Shown here in pieces: positions 9,986-21,173 of a DNA stretch of 64,000 nt. The first letter of the stretch is position 1, and each line of letters starts with the position of its first letter. The DNA lies in NCBI GenBank assembly GCA_964658305.1, contig OZ210885.1, forward strand, positions 13,144,001-13,208,000, given 5' to 3'. A program made the translations under genes and the position numbers. The stretch is from Leptogorgia sarmentosa. Its lineage: Eukaryota. The notes under the pieces are model-generated. The model had not been told where the DNA came from, made no database searches, and saw only the letters and a program-made list of their open reading frames with translations.

Positions 9986-11355
9986 CTAGATTCTTATGTG
10001 CCTTTTAGCGCGAATACCAATACTACGATTTGCCCATCATTAACACAAAATAACTCACAAGCAAATACTCAGTCTGTAAATACTCCATCATTAACACAAA
10101 ATAACTCACAAGCAAGTACTCAGTCTGTAAATACTCCATCATTAACACAAAATAACTCACAAGCAGTGAATGGTGCTAACTTGCCTGTAACTCACGCAAA
10201 CATGTTACTTGACTCAGAGGGATCTGAATGTCTAGTACCGAATGTACGTGGTCTAAAAATTGCAAGCCTTAACATAAATAGCCTACTAAAACACATCGAT
10301 CAATTAAGAGTATGCATGTTTAATCAACAAGTCGATATCCTAGCGATCAACGAAACTAAACTTGACTCAGATGTGCCCCAAGACTTAATTTCCCTTGAAG
10401 GGTACTCCTGGGTCTCTAGAAATAGAAACAGGTCTGGTGGTGGTGTTGGTTTCTTCATAAGAAATACTATAAATTACCGCACCAGATTTGATCTGAATAA
10501 CCAAGATATCGAAATGGTTACTATTGAAATTAACAAATATAAAACTAAACCTTTTTTAGTCTCGACATGGTATCGACCTCCTAACTCTCCTATCGATTTG
10601 TTAACAAAATTTGAAATAATTCTGCGGCTAATTGATATGGAAGACAAAGAGAGCATTATTTTGGGTGATGTGAATTGTGATATCCTTGAAAATAATCGTA
10701 GGGATCATACTACGAATGAACTTAATTTCATCACAAGCCTATATCAATACAAACAATTGATTAATGATCCCACAAGAGAAACTATCCACTCAAAAACTTT
10801 AATAGACCATTTCTATTCTAACAAAAAGGAAAATATTGTTGCAGCAGGTGTTTCTAAAATTTCAATCAGTGACCACTATCTAATATACGGTATAAGAAAA
10901 TTTCCATCACTGAAAGGTGGTGAACATGTTATTGAATTCCGAGATTTCAAACATTTCAATGAAGATAATTTCCTTCACGACATATCATCGCTAAGCGTTC
11001 TTAATGTGGAATGTTACCGGGATCCTAACCAAATGTGGTATGTTTGGAAAAACAAATTTACGGAAATTATTGATAAACATGCACCACTCAAAACTCGTAA
11101 AATTGGGAAAAAATGTACACCTTGGATAACTAAGCATATACTTTTTTCTAAGAGACAAAAGAACCTTTTAAAGAAAAAGGCATCTAAAAGTAAGACCGAA
11201 AGGGATTGGCAAGACTTCAAAATAGCACGAAATTCATATAATAAGTTGATTAAGGCGTCCATTTCTCAATACTATACTGGAGAGATCTGTACAAACGAAG
11301 GAAATGCAAAAAATACTTGGAAAACTATTAATAATTTGATTAATAAATCAAAAAA
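9986..11355 (+). CDS. LINE ORF2 N-terminal part: apurinic-like (APE) endonuclease
   Basis: SLNINSL, INETKL, GGGV, YRPP, GDVN, TLIDH and SDH motifs; in frame with ORF1. Confidence 0.9.
10034..10164 (+). repeat. 51-bp in-frame tandem repeat (about 2.6 copies)
   Basis: Units start at 10034, 10085 and 10136, encoding PSLTQNNSQA(N/S)TQSVNT. Confidence 0.9.
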
Positions 11356-13071
11356 TCTACAAACGTGCACGAAATTTGCGATAAAAACGGTAAAACAATC
11401 GATATAAATGATATACCTGATGCATTTAATAACCACTTCACAGATTTGGGCTATATACTATCCCAAAATATTCCTGCATGTTCTATTCCACCAGAGAGTT
11501 ATATCACCGAAGCTACACAGAAATTTGCTTTTTGTGATATAACAGAACAGGAAGTCTATGAATTATTGTCAACATTATCAACTACTAAAGCATCAGGTTT
11601 GGACAAACTACCAGCAAAGCTTATTAAATTGGCTGCTCCTTACATAACCAAATCTCTTACAGCAATCTTTAACAGGTCCATATCAACTGGTATATTTCCA
11701 TGTTCCTGGAAAGTTGCTAGAGTAACTCCAATTTACAAAAACGGTATTAAATCCGATATGGACAATTATCGGCCTATATCGGTTATTTCGGTAATTGCCA
11801 AAACAATGGAGAAGCTTGTACATAACCAACTCTATTCATATTTGCTACAGTATAATATTCTAACAAGTACACAACATGGCTTTAGACCTCTTCACTCCAC
11901 TGTCACTGCATTACTAAAAATGACAAATCAATGGTATCAAAATATGGATGAAGGCCTAATGAATGGAGCTGTATTCCTAGACCTAAAAAAGGCTTTTGAT
12001 ACTGTTGATCACGACATTTTATTAAGTAAGCTACACCTATATGGCGTGAAAGGTAAAGCTTATGACTGGTTTAAATCGTATTTGTCTAACCGTACCCAAT
12101 ATTGCCAAATTAATAGTAAATTGTCTGGACCACGTGCAACGATTACTGGCATTCCACAGGGCTCAATTCTTGGTCCCTTACTATTTCTTATATATGTTAA
12201 CGATCTTCCTAGCAGTTTGAAAAATGCGGACTGTGACATGTTTGCAGACGACACCCAAATAGGAGTTGCTGGTAAAGACCCGAAATCAATTATTGCAACA
12301 TTAAACTGTGATTTAACAAACATCTCAGATTGGATGGCAGCCAATAAATTAAGCTTAAACAAAAGTAAAACTGAGTATATGATTATTGGCTCCTACCAGA
12401 ATCTCAAAAAATGGGACTCCGATCTTCGGATTGTGATTGGCAATACGCCTATAAAGCGAGTTAGCACCACTAAATCACTGGGTGTGATGATCGATGAGAC
12501 TTTAACCTGGCATTCGCAAGTTGATCTTATAACCAAAAAAGTAAACAAGGGTCTTTATGTCCTCAGACGATTAAGGGAATTTGCGGACTTAAAGACTCTA
12601 GTTACTGCATATAAAACTTTAGTCCAACCACACTTTGACTACTGCTCACAAGTTTGGGGGAGCCTGGGAATCACCCTCCAAAACAAATTGCAGCGGTTAC
12701 AAAATAGAGCAGTACGTATCATTACAAAGCGGGGATATGACTACAGATCAGTCGACATACTTAATGAGTTACACTTGCCAAATTTAAATGTAAGAAGACA
12801 AAATCAATTATGTAATATAATGTACAAAGTTAATTGCAATGAGGTACCTGACTATCTTGTAGATCTGTTTACTAAAACAAGTTCAATACATGGTTATCAA
12901 ACCAGACAGGCCGAATTTAATTTTGTGCCCCCAAAACCAAACACGAACTTTTGTAAAAAATCATTTTCATATAGAGGTGCTGTGGCTTGGAACAAATTAC
13001 CTAACCATTTAAAAAGCTTGAATCAATACGCAACATTTAAAAGAAGTTTAGTATTAAGTAATACAGTATGA
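11356..13071 (+). CDS. LINE ORF2 C-terminal part: reverse transcriptase, separated by a 1-nt frameshift
   Basis: NYRPIS, QHGFR, FLDLKKAFDTVDH, GIPQGSILGP, FADDT; frame changes at the A-run near 11350-11355. Confidence 0.93.
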   Translation, partial: STNVHEICDKNGKTIDINDIPDAFNNHFTDLGYILSQNIPACSIPPESYITEATQKFAFCDITEQEVYELLSTLSTTKASGLDKLPAKLIKLAAPYITKSLTAIFNRSISTGIFPCSWKVARVTPIYKNGIKSDMDNYRPISVISVIAKTMEKLVHNQLYSYLLQYNILTSTQHGFRPLHSTVTALLKMTNQWYQNMDEGLMNGAVFLDLKKAFDTVDHDILLSKLHLYGVKGKAYDWFKSYLSNRTQYCQINSKLSGPRATITGIPQGSILGPLLFLIYVNDLPSSLKNADCDMFADDTQIGVAGKDPKSIIATLNCDLTNISDWMAANKLSLNKSKTEYMIIGSYQNLKKWDSDLRIVIGNTPIKRVSTTKSLGVMIDETLTWHSQVDLITKKVNKGLYVLRRLREFADLKTLVTAYKTLVQPHFDYCSQVWGSLGITLQNKLQRLQNRAVRIITKRGYDYRSVDILNELHLPNLNVRRQNQLCNIMYKVNCNEVPDYLVDLFTKTSSIHGYQTRQAEFNFVPPKPNTNFCKKSFSYRGAVAWNKLPNHLKSLNQYATFKRSLVLSNTV

Positions 13072-13356
13072 TATTTTTAACGCTTACTTTTGTTATATTA
13101 TTAATATAAGTATCTATTTTTTTGTAATGTGCATGTGCACGGCCTATTGGAAGATCACTTCTCATTTTGTAAATAGTTCTTAACTTTATTGTGAAATAGT
13201 ACCGTGGGTAAATAAAGTCATTATTATTATTTTAAAGTATTGGTGGATATATTTAAAGGGAATCGTAGTATATACATCGTAACTCTTTGGGAGACATATT
13301 TCCCATCAGCCCGCTTTGAGGAATTTGAAAGGTTTCCAGTTTATAGGTGTGATAAG

Positions 13357-13428
13357 AAGGAACGGGCGTGTTTGAACCACTGACCTCTCGATCTGCAGTT
13401 GAATGCTCTACCACTGAGCTACACTCCC
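13357..13428 (-). pseudogene. degenerate tRNA-Cys(GCA)
   Basis: GGGAGTGTAGCTCAGTGGTAGAGCATTCAACTGCAGATCGAG...GGTTCAAAC; T and acceptor stems mismatched. Confidence 0.75.
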
Positions 13429-13736
13429 TGTGTAGTCTACTAGGTTAATTACGTACATATAATTTCAAACGCAGCTATAATTATTCAATTCACGGACCTC
13501 TGTTCTTTCAATTTTACATTCAAATACAAAATGTTTCTTGGCATGTTTCATGACCTTAATGCAATAAAAAACGCGACTTCTTTCCTTCGATTTTGTAGAT
13601 GGAAAACTTGGGCATTGAATCTGTCACTTTGAACACTCAGCCGCCACCACCGAGAACACAACTTCCTGTCATCGAGTTTTTCCCCAAAACAATTCATGTT
13701 TATCTTCGAGGCCAAAATTTTAAAGACTTTGCATAA

Positions 13737-13818
13737 CGTAGTCGGCAGGATTTGAACCTGCGCGGGAAACTCCCTACAGATTTCTAGGCTGTCGCCTTAA
13801 TTGCTCGGCCACGACTAC
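13737..13818 (-). tRNA. tRNA-Ser(AGA), divergent D loop
   Basis: Same body as 7592-7673 with a CT-AGA-AA loop. Confidence 0.78.
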
Positions 13819-14120
13819 GATGCTGCAACCAACCGGCTTCACGTTGTTCACTAATGAACATTCACATCCATCTACAATCGACCTACACACTCTCAGCGCT
13901 ACACTCTGAACAATAGAAAACTCAAAACTCACTCGTGCAAGTTAATTCCAAATTCCACTCGAAACCATTCTATTAGCAATACTTTTTTTTTCTAACGTAG
14001 TGAAATGGTGGAAAGATATGAAACTTGAACTAAAATATATAGAATGCTACCTACCTGTGCAGGAACATGCCTGAATTTGCCTGAAGCCACATTTTACCTG
14101 CAGACAAGGGCGTCAACTTT

Positions 14121-14191
14121 GCGTTGTTGGTTCAGTGGTAGAATTCTCGCCTGCCACCCTAGAGACCGGGGCTTGATTCACAGGAAACGCA
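14121..14191 (+). pseudogene. degenerate tRNA-Gly(GCC)
   Basis: 5' half intact, 3' half and T-loop decayed. Confidence 0.75.
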
Positions 14192-14275
14192 GAATGTTTT
14201 CATTTTGTTGCATTTCAATTGCAACTCGAGAAAAAATGTGGGTTTGTAACAGAGACATGATCTCGAAATTGTAAC

Positions 14276-14346
14276 TCCCATGTGGTCTAGTGGTTAGGAT
14301 CTGGCGTTTTCACCGCCATGGCCGGGTTCGATTCCCGGCGTGGGAA
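14276..14346 (+). tRNA. tRNA-Glu(TTC), 1-nt deletion before the T stem
   Basis: Glu body followed by a TTTTTT terminator. Confidence 0.8.
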
Positions 14347-15329
14347 TTTTTTCTGACAATTTCTATTTGGAACAGTTTGTCTTCACATATTCAAACTGGC
14401 CCGAGACTGGGATTAGATTCCCTGCTAACGCAGAATATTATCATTGTGACGAGTTTAAATTTCAATTCCAACACGAGAAAAACGTAGATTTGTAACACAG
14501 ACATAATCTAATAATTTTATCCAGGAAAGTAAAATTAATATTTTTTGATATCACCGTCACTAATGAAAATTATTTGATAGCCGCAAACTATTTGACTGAC
14601 TGTGGACAGAGTTTTTGCATTGATTTATAAATTCTTGATTTTTACTCTTTATAATTTTATTGGGAAAATGAGCTTTTAACAAAATATCCCTTTAGGAATT
14701 AATTTTACAAGCTCGTCTTCGCATTAATTTCGTTCTTGGATCAATTTGTTGTAAATCAAGGCGGAAGAGAAAGGTAATAAAATTCGCAGAATTTTTAAAA
14801 TATTCAAATGTCAAAAAGACTTGAACTCGGATCGCTGGATTCAAAGACAGAACCTTAACATAATCTTGACAAAGTTTCCTAATTCTTTAACGTTTCTTCC
14901 TTTTTTTCACAGCAAAAGGAACACTCTTCAATTGCGGACGTGGATATTTACTGAACACGAATCGTGTATACAACGGGACTGAATATGGCGAAACGTTTTA
15001 TTCAACGGTACAGCAAAATCGTAGGCAAATATCCCGAGTTGCACATCTATGTATCCTTAATATACTAGTAGAAAAACATTCCATTTGTGTCACGTTCACA
15101 ATATAATTTTTAATATATAAATATAAATTCAGCCATTCTGACTTTTGATTTTTATAATCGATCATTAATACAATTCTTCAGTCATTGATTTAAATTTACA
15201 ATAGGTAATATTTAATAATAATACAAATATTCACTGATTTAAGCTTTAAAGCTTATAATAGATTATTAATAACAATACAAATCTTTACCAGCTACCAATG
15301 TCCCGCATGTTTATTTTCGTTTTATAGTT

Positions 15330-17050
15330 GTGTGACTTTAAAGAACTTTCTGTTCTTTCCCCTCTTTGAATTTCTGATGTCTCGGTTTCCAAATTTCACA
15401 GCGTGGTGTATGTGCATTTGGACAAACAGTCTAAGGAGGTATTTGCTGGGAAATTGGTCACAGCAGGGAGCAAAGAAGTTAGGTTAGAGATCAACCAGAT
15501 GCTTGGCAATTCCACTCTTTGTCATAAGACGTGGAAAGTTTTGCATGAACAGATACTCGATTTTCTTAATGCATTTGAGACCTCCAAATAGGCCTTTGTT
15601 GTTGTTGTATGCTTTGAAATAGGTAAACAGTTTGCTAGAACTGTCCAGTTGTTCATTGTTTACCAGTTCTTTGGAACAAATTTCGCACTGATGCTGTTGT
15701 AAGCCAGTAACATAGGTGATAGCATTTTCCATTAGAAGGTTTTGCTCGACTGCGGGGAGCTGATAGTCAGGTTCGTTAACCCGGAATGGTTGGGATACTT
15801 CGTGTTCCTCTTCAATGTCATCCGGGACAATCTTTCCAGTTTTCCTGTAACCAACCAAGATGGCGTCTACATCTACACTGCAATTACCATTTGAATGCAG
15901 CAAATAGTTGTCAAAAAACAACTTCATGAATTCTCTCTTAAATTGCAATGGGGCAGGCGTATCACAATTGCCACCTGGCTGTCTGATTCACCCAAAGAAG
16001 TTTTCCAACGGATCCTGGTTGAGTCTTCTCGTGCATAAAAAGTTAGCCACTGGCTGAATGGTGTTCCTTATAAGGACTGTTCCATACAAAGTTATTTCCA
16101 AGACTCGTAAACAATTCAATGTGACATCTTTCTCAGTTTCCCGATCTTTGACTGTCATTTGTTTTCCAAATAAGCAGGTATTTTTGATGAATTCACAATG
16201 GTTGGATTCAGCTGTGATGGGTCTATTCAGTTCCTTGGAGTTCTTAAATGTCGAACTGTTCAAACAATCGAAAATGTCATCAATTTTCGAGGTGAATTCA
16301 GCATTTCCTGCTGCAGTTGCTGGAAATCAGCCACCACTCAATGCCATTATTAAGCCAGTGAAACAGTGTGACTCAACACTTGTGTAGCAAATTGAACTTT
16401 CATTCTCTCGAAGTTATTTGGAGATATATGTGCCGTCTTGTCAGCTTTGGGCAACATCTGATTGCATTTTGCATATCCATCCGATAAAGTGATTCGATAT
16501 CATTCCATAATGCAAGCTTCGTACTAAAATGAAAGTCATATTTAATCAAATTGTTTCTGATAGCTTCCACAATATGTGGAGTACCAAAAAGGAATATGAT
16601 CCTCTTTTTGCCGTAGGTAAAAAATGGATTCTCGGGTGTAATGCCCATCTCTTTGACAAACTTCTGTAAATTGGACACAATGTCTGATATGATTGCCACG
16701 ACATTCAGGCCAATGCTTTCTACTTTCTCTATAATTCCAAACAGCTTTTCTTTAACAATGCTGCTGTCACATGCCTCGTTCACCAGGTAGTATGCAAGGG
16801 GTTGCTTCCAGTTATCGATTATGCACGGGCCATGAAGACTATGGCCGATGTTGCTAAGGAATCATATCTATTGCTATCACCATAATCCTCGAGGCCAACC
16901 AGCTCATCAGTATTTGACTCATAAGACAAATTTGTCTTAAAGGAAATTTCATCAAATGAGATTACACATTGTTTTCCTGCAGTACTTAAAGTGTTTACCT
17001 TCTGTGATATTGTATCCATCGCATAAGTTGTAAAACCTGGGCAATTCGGA
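15330..17050 (-). pseudogene. P-element/THAP9-type transposase remnant, frameshifted
   Basis: Colinear fragments CVISFDEI...VFMAR, VVAIISD...HIVEAIRNNL and TRRLNQDPLENFFG. Confidence 0.88.
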
Positions 17051-17060
17051 ATTCTTGATA

Positions 17061-17305
17061 TCGGAATAGCAAGTGAATCGCCTCCGGGCGAAGAGTTGAA
17101 GACGAAGAATCGAAGAATCGAAGAATCGAAGAATCGAAGAATCGAAGAGTCGAAGAGTCGAAGAGTTGAAGAGTGCTGTCAATCCGTGTGTTCGTGCATC
17201 GTTTGGCCTTGATTTTGGCAGCAGTACTATTCGTGTTCGTGCCTGTTTGCGGGGCCCTCTAGGGGGTAACGCTAAGGCGGTGGTCTTTACTTCCAACCTT
17301 GCTGC
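17061..17305 (+). repeat. dispersed repeat with an internal (GAAGAATC)n array, copy 1
   Basis: Near identical to 19800-20050; 5 exact plus 3 variant octamers. Confidence 0.85.
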
Positions 17306-17535
17306 CGGACAGGCGTTTTAACACCTTCCTTCTAACAGATAACATGCTCTTAGAATGCTGGAAATGCCATTTCCAAGACCCAAATTTCATAATTTTCCCG
17401 CTGGGGGTGGGGAGCATGCCCCCTAGGTTTCTCGTGCCTTCCGCACCCGAGTCGGTCTCCATTATGATTTACACTCCCCCCCCCCCCCCCCCCCCCAAGC
17501 AAAATCGATATGTACACCCCTGGTCTGCCTACGTA

Positions 17536-17830
17536 ATTGTGACAGACCTTTCTAAAATGTGTATTACCTAAATTTGCAAATTTGCAGGATCTGTTCCAGT
17601 GCTGGAAGCCGTGCTGGTGTTCGCAGTGCAATGTGCTACTGGTGATAGATCTAATGTAAAAAGTAGCGGATATTGACTCTATTGATTGTGGTATATAATT
17701 GTCTGTCTATATAATTGTGATAAACCTTTCTAAAATGTGTATTACCTGAATTTGAAGGATCTGTTCCTGTGCTGGAAGCCGTGCTGGTGTTCGCAGTGCA
17801 ATGTGCTACTGGTGATGGATCTAATCTGTA
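17536..17830 (+). repeat. local tandem duplication (about 178-bp period)
   Basis: GGATCTGTTCC...GCTGGAAGCCGTGCTGGTGTTCGCAGTGCAATGTGCTACTGGTGAT occurs twice. Confidence 0.8.
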
Positions 17831-17840
17831 GCTCAGTAGT

Positions 17841-18405
17841 AAGGGTGGTATCACTGATCTCAAAATTATGGCAGGCTATAATGAAGAGCCGAAGCTTTTT
17901 AAAGCTTTTGGAAAGGCCAAAACAAAGACAAGATCTACGCTGTAAGACTTGAAAAGCCTTCTTAGCAGATATAAAACGCTGAGAAAAGGGACGAAACGAC
18001 TACGAATTGAAACACAAGATACGTTCGTCAATATATTGTCGACAGTAAACGTTTGTTTTGCGTATTTACTATCTACAGTCTACTATTTGTATGAAAGGTC
18101 GCCGTAGCGGCGAAGCCGTGGCTGCATTTAATCTATTCACGGCTCAATTCCAGAGTATAAGTTTCTCTTTTTAAAGGCAAGACTTCGCAAAATATTTACA
18201 AACTTTACCTCAAAAGAACACGAGCGAACATTGGCAGGAAATTGTTTCATATCAAAGACTGACTTGAATATTTAAAACGTATTTTTGACTGTTTTCAAAA
18301 AAATACAGAAATATGAATTTCCGATCGTGTTGCCATGACAACAACCTCAGGCAGCCTTTGAAGTACTTCATGTTCCAAAAATATAGTTGCATTAATTGGT
18401 TAGTA
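17841..18405 (+). repeat. dispersed repeat, second copy at about 41984-42673
   Basis: Shared AAGGGTGGT..TCACTGATCTCAAAATTATG through GCATTAATTGGTTAGTAAG; a partial motif also lies at 22555-22625. Confidence 0.85.
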
Positions 18406-18898
18406 AGTTTAGAATAGTAAATTTAGAATAACGCTAAACAAACTTACTTGACTCTTGCTCTTACTCTTATGGCTTGACAAGCAGGCGTATCCGAGAACAG
18501 TGTCGGAGAAAAGCGAAAGGTAACATGAAAATACTCAATATCGGTAACCCACGTCAAAGACGACCAAGAGTCGCAACACCAAAAAGAGTGATATTTTGGC
18601 ACCACATTTCGAGTTTTTAATTTTAACTCCACTAAGGAGGTACGGTGTTAAAATAACACCCTAAAATAACTTCTAAAATCGACGGGGTACAAAAATGTGA
18701 GTAATGTTTGTTACAGAAACGTTACATGTTTGCTACAGTTCCTGACTTGAAAGGGAAGAAAACAATTTTTCATTTCATGGGCACCGGGAAGATTTTTTCA
18801 TTATACAAAGATACATACATACAAACTGCTAGTAAATACATTCATTGTCTGAATGAACATGCCAAATGTTTCTGAAACGAACATGCCACCTCGGCGTC

Positions 18899-19303
18899 GC
18901 AATTTTCCTTTCGTAAACGGTCGTTGCCTTCCCAAACGGTCGATGCCTTCCTGCTCTCTTTTTACTTAGTTTATGACAAATTTAAAAACTTGAAATACGC
19001 TTAATCCCCAACCCAAACCCTAAAATACTAACCCTAACCATAAAAGTCGGAAAAATATTGAAAAAAAAAAGTTATAAGTTGAAATCACTAACGCGAAAAA
19101 AAAGTGTCGAGCCGGGGTTTGAACTATAAAACTACAACGCACGCACCGCGTGCCTAACCGCCTGAGCTAATTTCGAGCTCGCTGAAAAGTATCGAAAACA
19201 AATATATTTATAGTGGAAATGCATTATGTAACATTTAAAATGCGAGCAGGGAAGGCATCGACCGTTTTGGAAGGCAACGACCGTTTACGAAAGGGAAAAT
19301 AGC
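18899..19303. mobile_element. non-autonomous TIR element with 9-bp TSD, carrying a tRNA-like/telomere-like core
   Basis: About 55-bp inverted repeats; CTCGGCGTC duplicated at 18890-18898 and 19304-19312. Confidence 0.85.
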
Positions 19304-19799
19304 CTCGGCGTCTCCCTTTTGGCACAACCAACCGAAGCGCAATCCGAGTCTCCTTCTGATCTCTATGTGTGTCTGCTGTCTACCATTTCCGCACTCACGC
19401 ACCGGTCGTGAAAGAGCGCTACCCGGCAACTAGGTGAGCGAGCGCATGAAAAAAGCAGTGAAGAGAAAGTTCGCCGGCAACGTTGTCTGCCTGGAGATAA
19501 AACAACCACGTTGGTTTCAACCAGTGATGTTTGTTCAGATCCCGCGCGCTAAATTCTTCGCATTAAGATTATCACTAAAAAACCTTCTAAAAAATAAAAA
19601 CATTAAGATTGTTATAAAACTACTCTTTTGTTGTATCATCTGTGAAGCGATGTATAGTTTTAGTTAATTGAGCCATTCCTTCAAAGAACAAAGCTAGTGA
19701 TAAAAACTTTGACGACGTAAAATCACGCATGCGCTAATCTTAAGCACGTAATCCGCGTCCCGTAATCTTAAGCACGCTTTTCAGAGTTAAAATATGGCT

Positions 19800-20050
19800 C
19801 GGAATAGCAAGTGAATCGCCTCCGGGCGAAGAGATGAAGACGAAGAATCGAAGAATCGAAGAATCGAAGAATCGAAGAATCGAAGAATCGAAGAATCGAA
19901 GAATCGAAGAATCGAAGAGTGCTGTCAATCCGTGTGTTCGTGCATCGTTTGGCCTTGATTTTGGCAGCAGTACTCTTCGTGTTCGTGCCTGTTTGCGGGG
20001 CCCTCTAGGGGGTAACGCTAAGGCGATGGTCTTTACTTCCAACCTTGCTG
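19800..20050 (+). repeat. dispersed repeat with (GAAGAATC)9, copy 2
   Basis: Nine exact octamers at 19842-19913. Confidence 0.85.
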
Positions 20051-20651
20051 CGTGCTTCTGTTGTTAGGTTGAGGTGCTTGACTGAAACCTGACGTCTCAG
20101 TTCCTCTTATCTTTTGTCAGTGTTTTGAGAATTTAAGTCCTCGTTTCCTACGTATGGTGTGGGCCACAGCGCACTCAGTTAATAAGTTTTTTCGAGATTG
20201 GGATCTCGTTTAAGCTTACATTTGGGGCAAGACATTGGACAGTCAGTGATATGCACACAGTTATTTCAGTATTAAAAATTAGTAGTGTTTTTTTTTTGCG
20301 ATACTGGGATCTCGTTTACATTAGGACACTTTTACGATGATAAGATGATACGAAGTGAGAATGACGTCGATAATCGTAAATCCGAGCAATCTCAAAGTTC
20401 CTGGGCAAGATATATTTTTTCGTGATACCATGATACGAAGTGAGAATACGTTTTACCTCGAAGTTTAGGCAAAACGATGGGAATTTTTGATCGTTTTTTC
20501 GGTATTTCCGTACTGCAGGTTAGCGACCGCTCAGGAACCAATCAGAATGCCGCTCAGAACGGGACCGCTCAGAACACTTGCCATAGAATAAATTTAGTTA
20601 TGTACATCGAAGCAACAAAACGGTGTGGCACGGCTGATTGGATGTACATTT

Positions 20652-21173
20652 AGGATATTACACGGTTGCGAGAAGATATGGATTTTATGTTCGAGTGGCA
20701 AGAACAATATCTCACGAGTGAGCGCAGCGAACGAGTGAGATATTGTTCTTGCCACGAGAACATAAAATCCATATCTTCGAGCGAACCGTGTAATGTTCTG
20801 TTTATTATATGGACTTATTCAGAGTGACACAAATACACAACAACTACCCTTTTAATGAAAACATGCAGTCTAAAACACGACAATTAATGGCTTTAAAATT
20901 AGCCTTTACTAAATATAGATTATAAAATACCGCTTTATTGTAGTTTATTGTACTATTGTAGCTTTGTTCGTCGCAAAACGTACTAATATCGTCTTCGCTA
21001 AAATTCACAAACGTTGAAGTAGAAGCCATTTGTAAACAGCGAAAAAGGCGGGAAGGTTATGTCACCCCTAAGCGTGACATACGGAAAATACGCGCACCGT
21101 ATCCCGGATGTAGTGGCGTATGAGTTCTACGAGTGTTTTAGTTCCCAATAAAATACCGCTGTCCATATAATAA
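20652..21173. mobile_element. hairpin-containing non-autonomous element (possibly Crypton-related)
   Basis: About 145-bp imperfect palindrome centred on GAGCGCAGCGAAC; TTATTATATGGAC and GTCCATATAATAA inverted pair; short minus ORF MASTSTFVNFSEDDI. Confidence 0.55.

Larger units (their letters stand above)
8451..13229 (+). mobile_element. near full-length CR1/L2-group non-LTR retrotransposon (LINE)
   Basis: Esterase ORF1, APE plus RT ORF2, 3' AATAAA followed by a (TTA)n tail; candidate TTTTA target duplication at 8446-8450 and 13230-13234. Confidence 0.92.
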
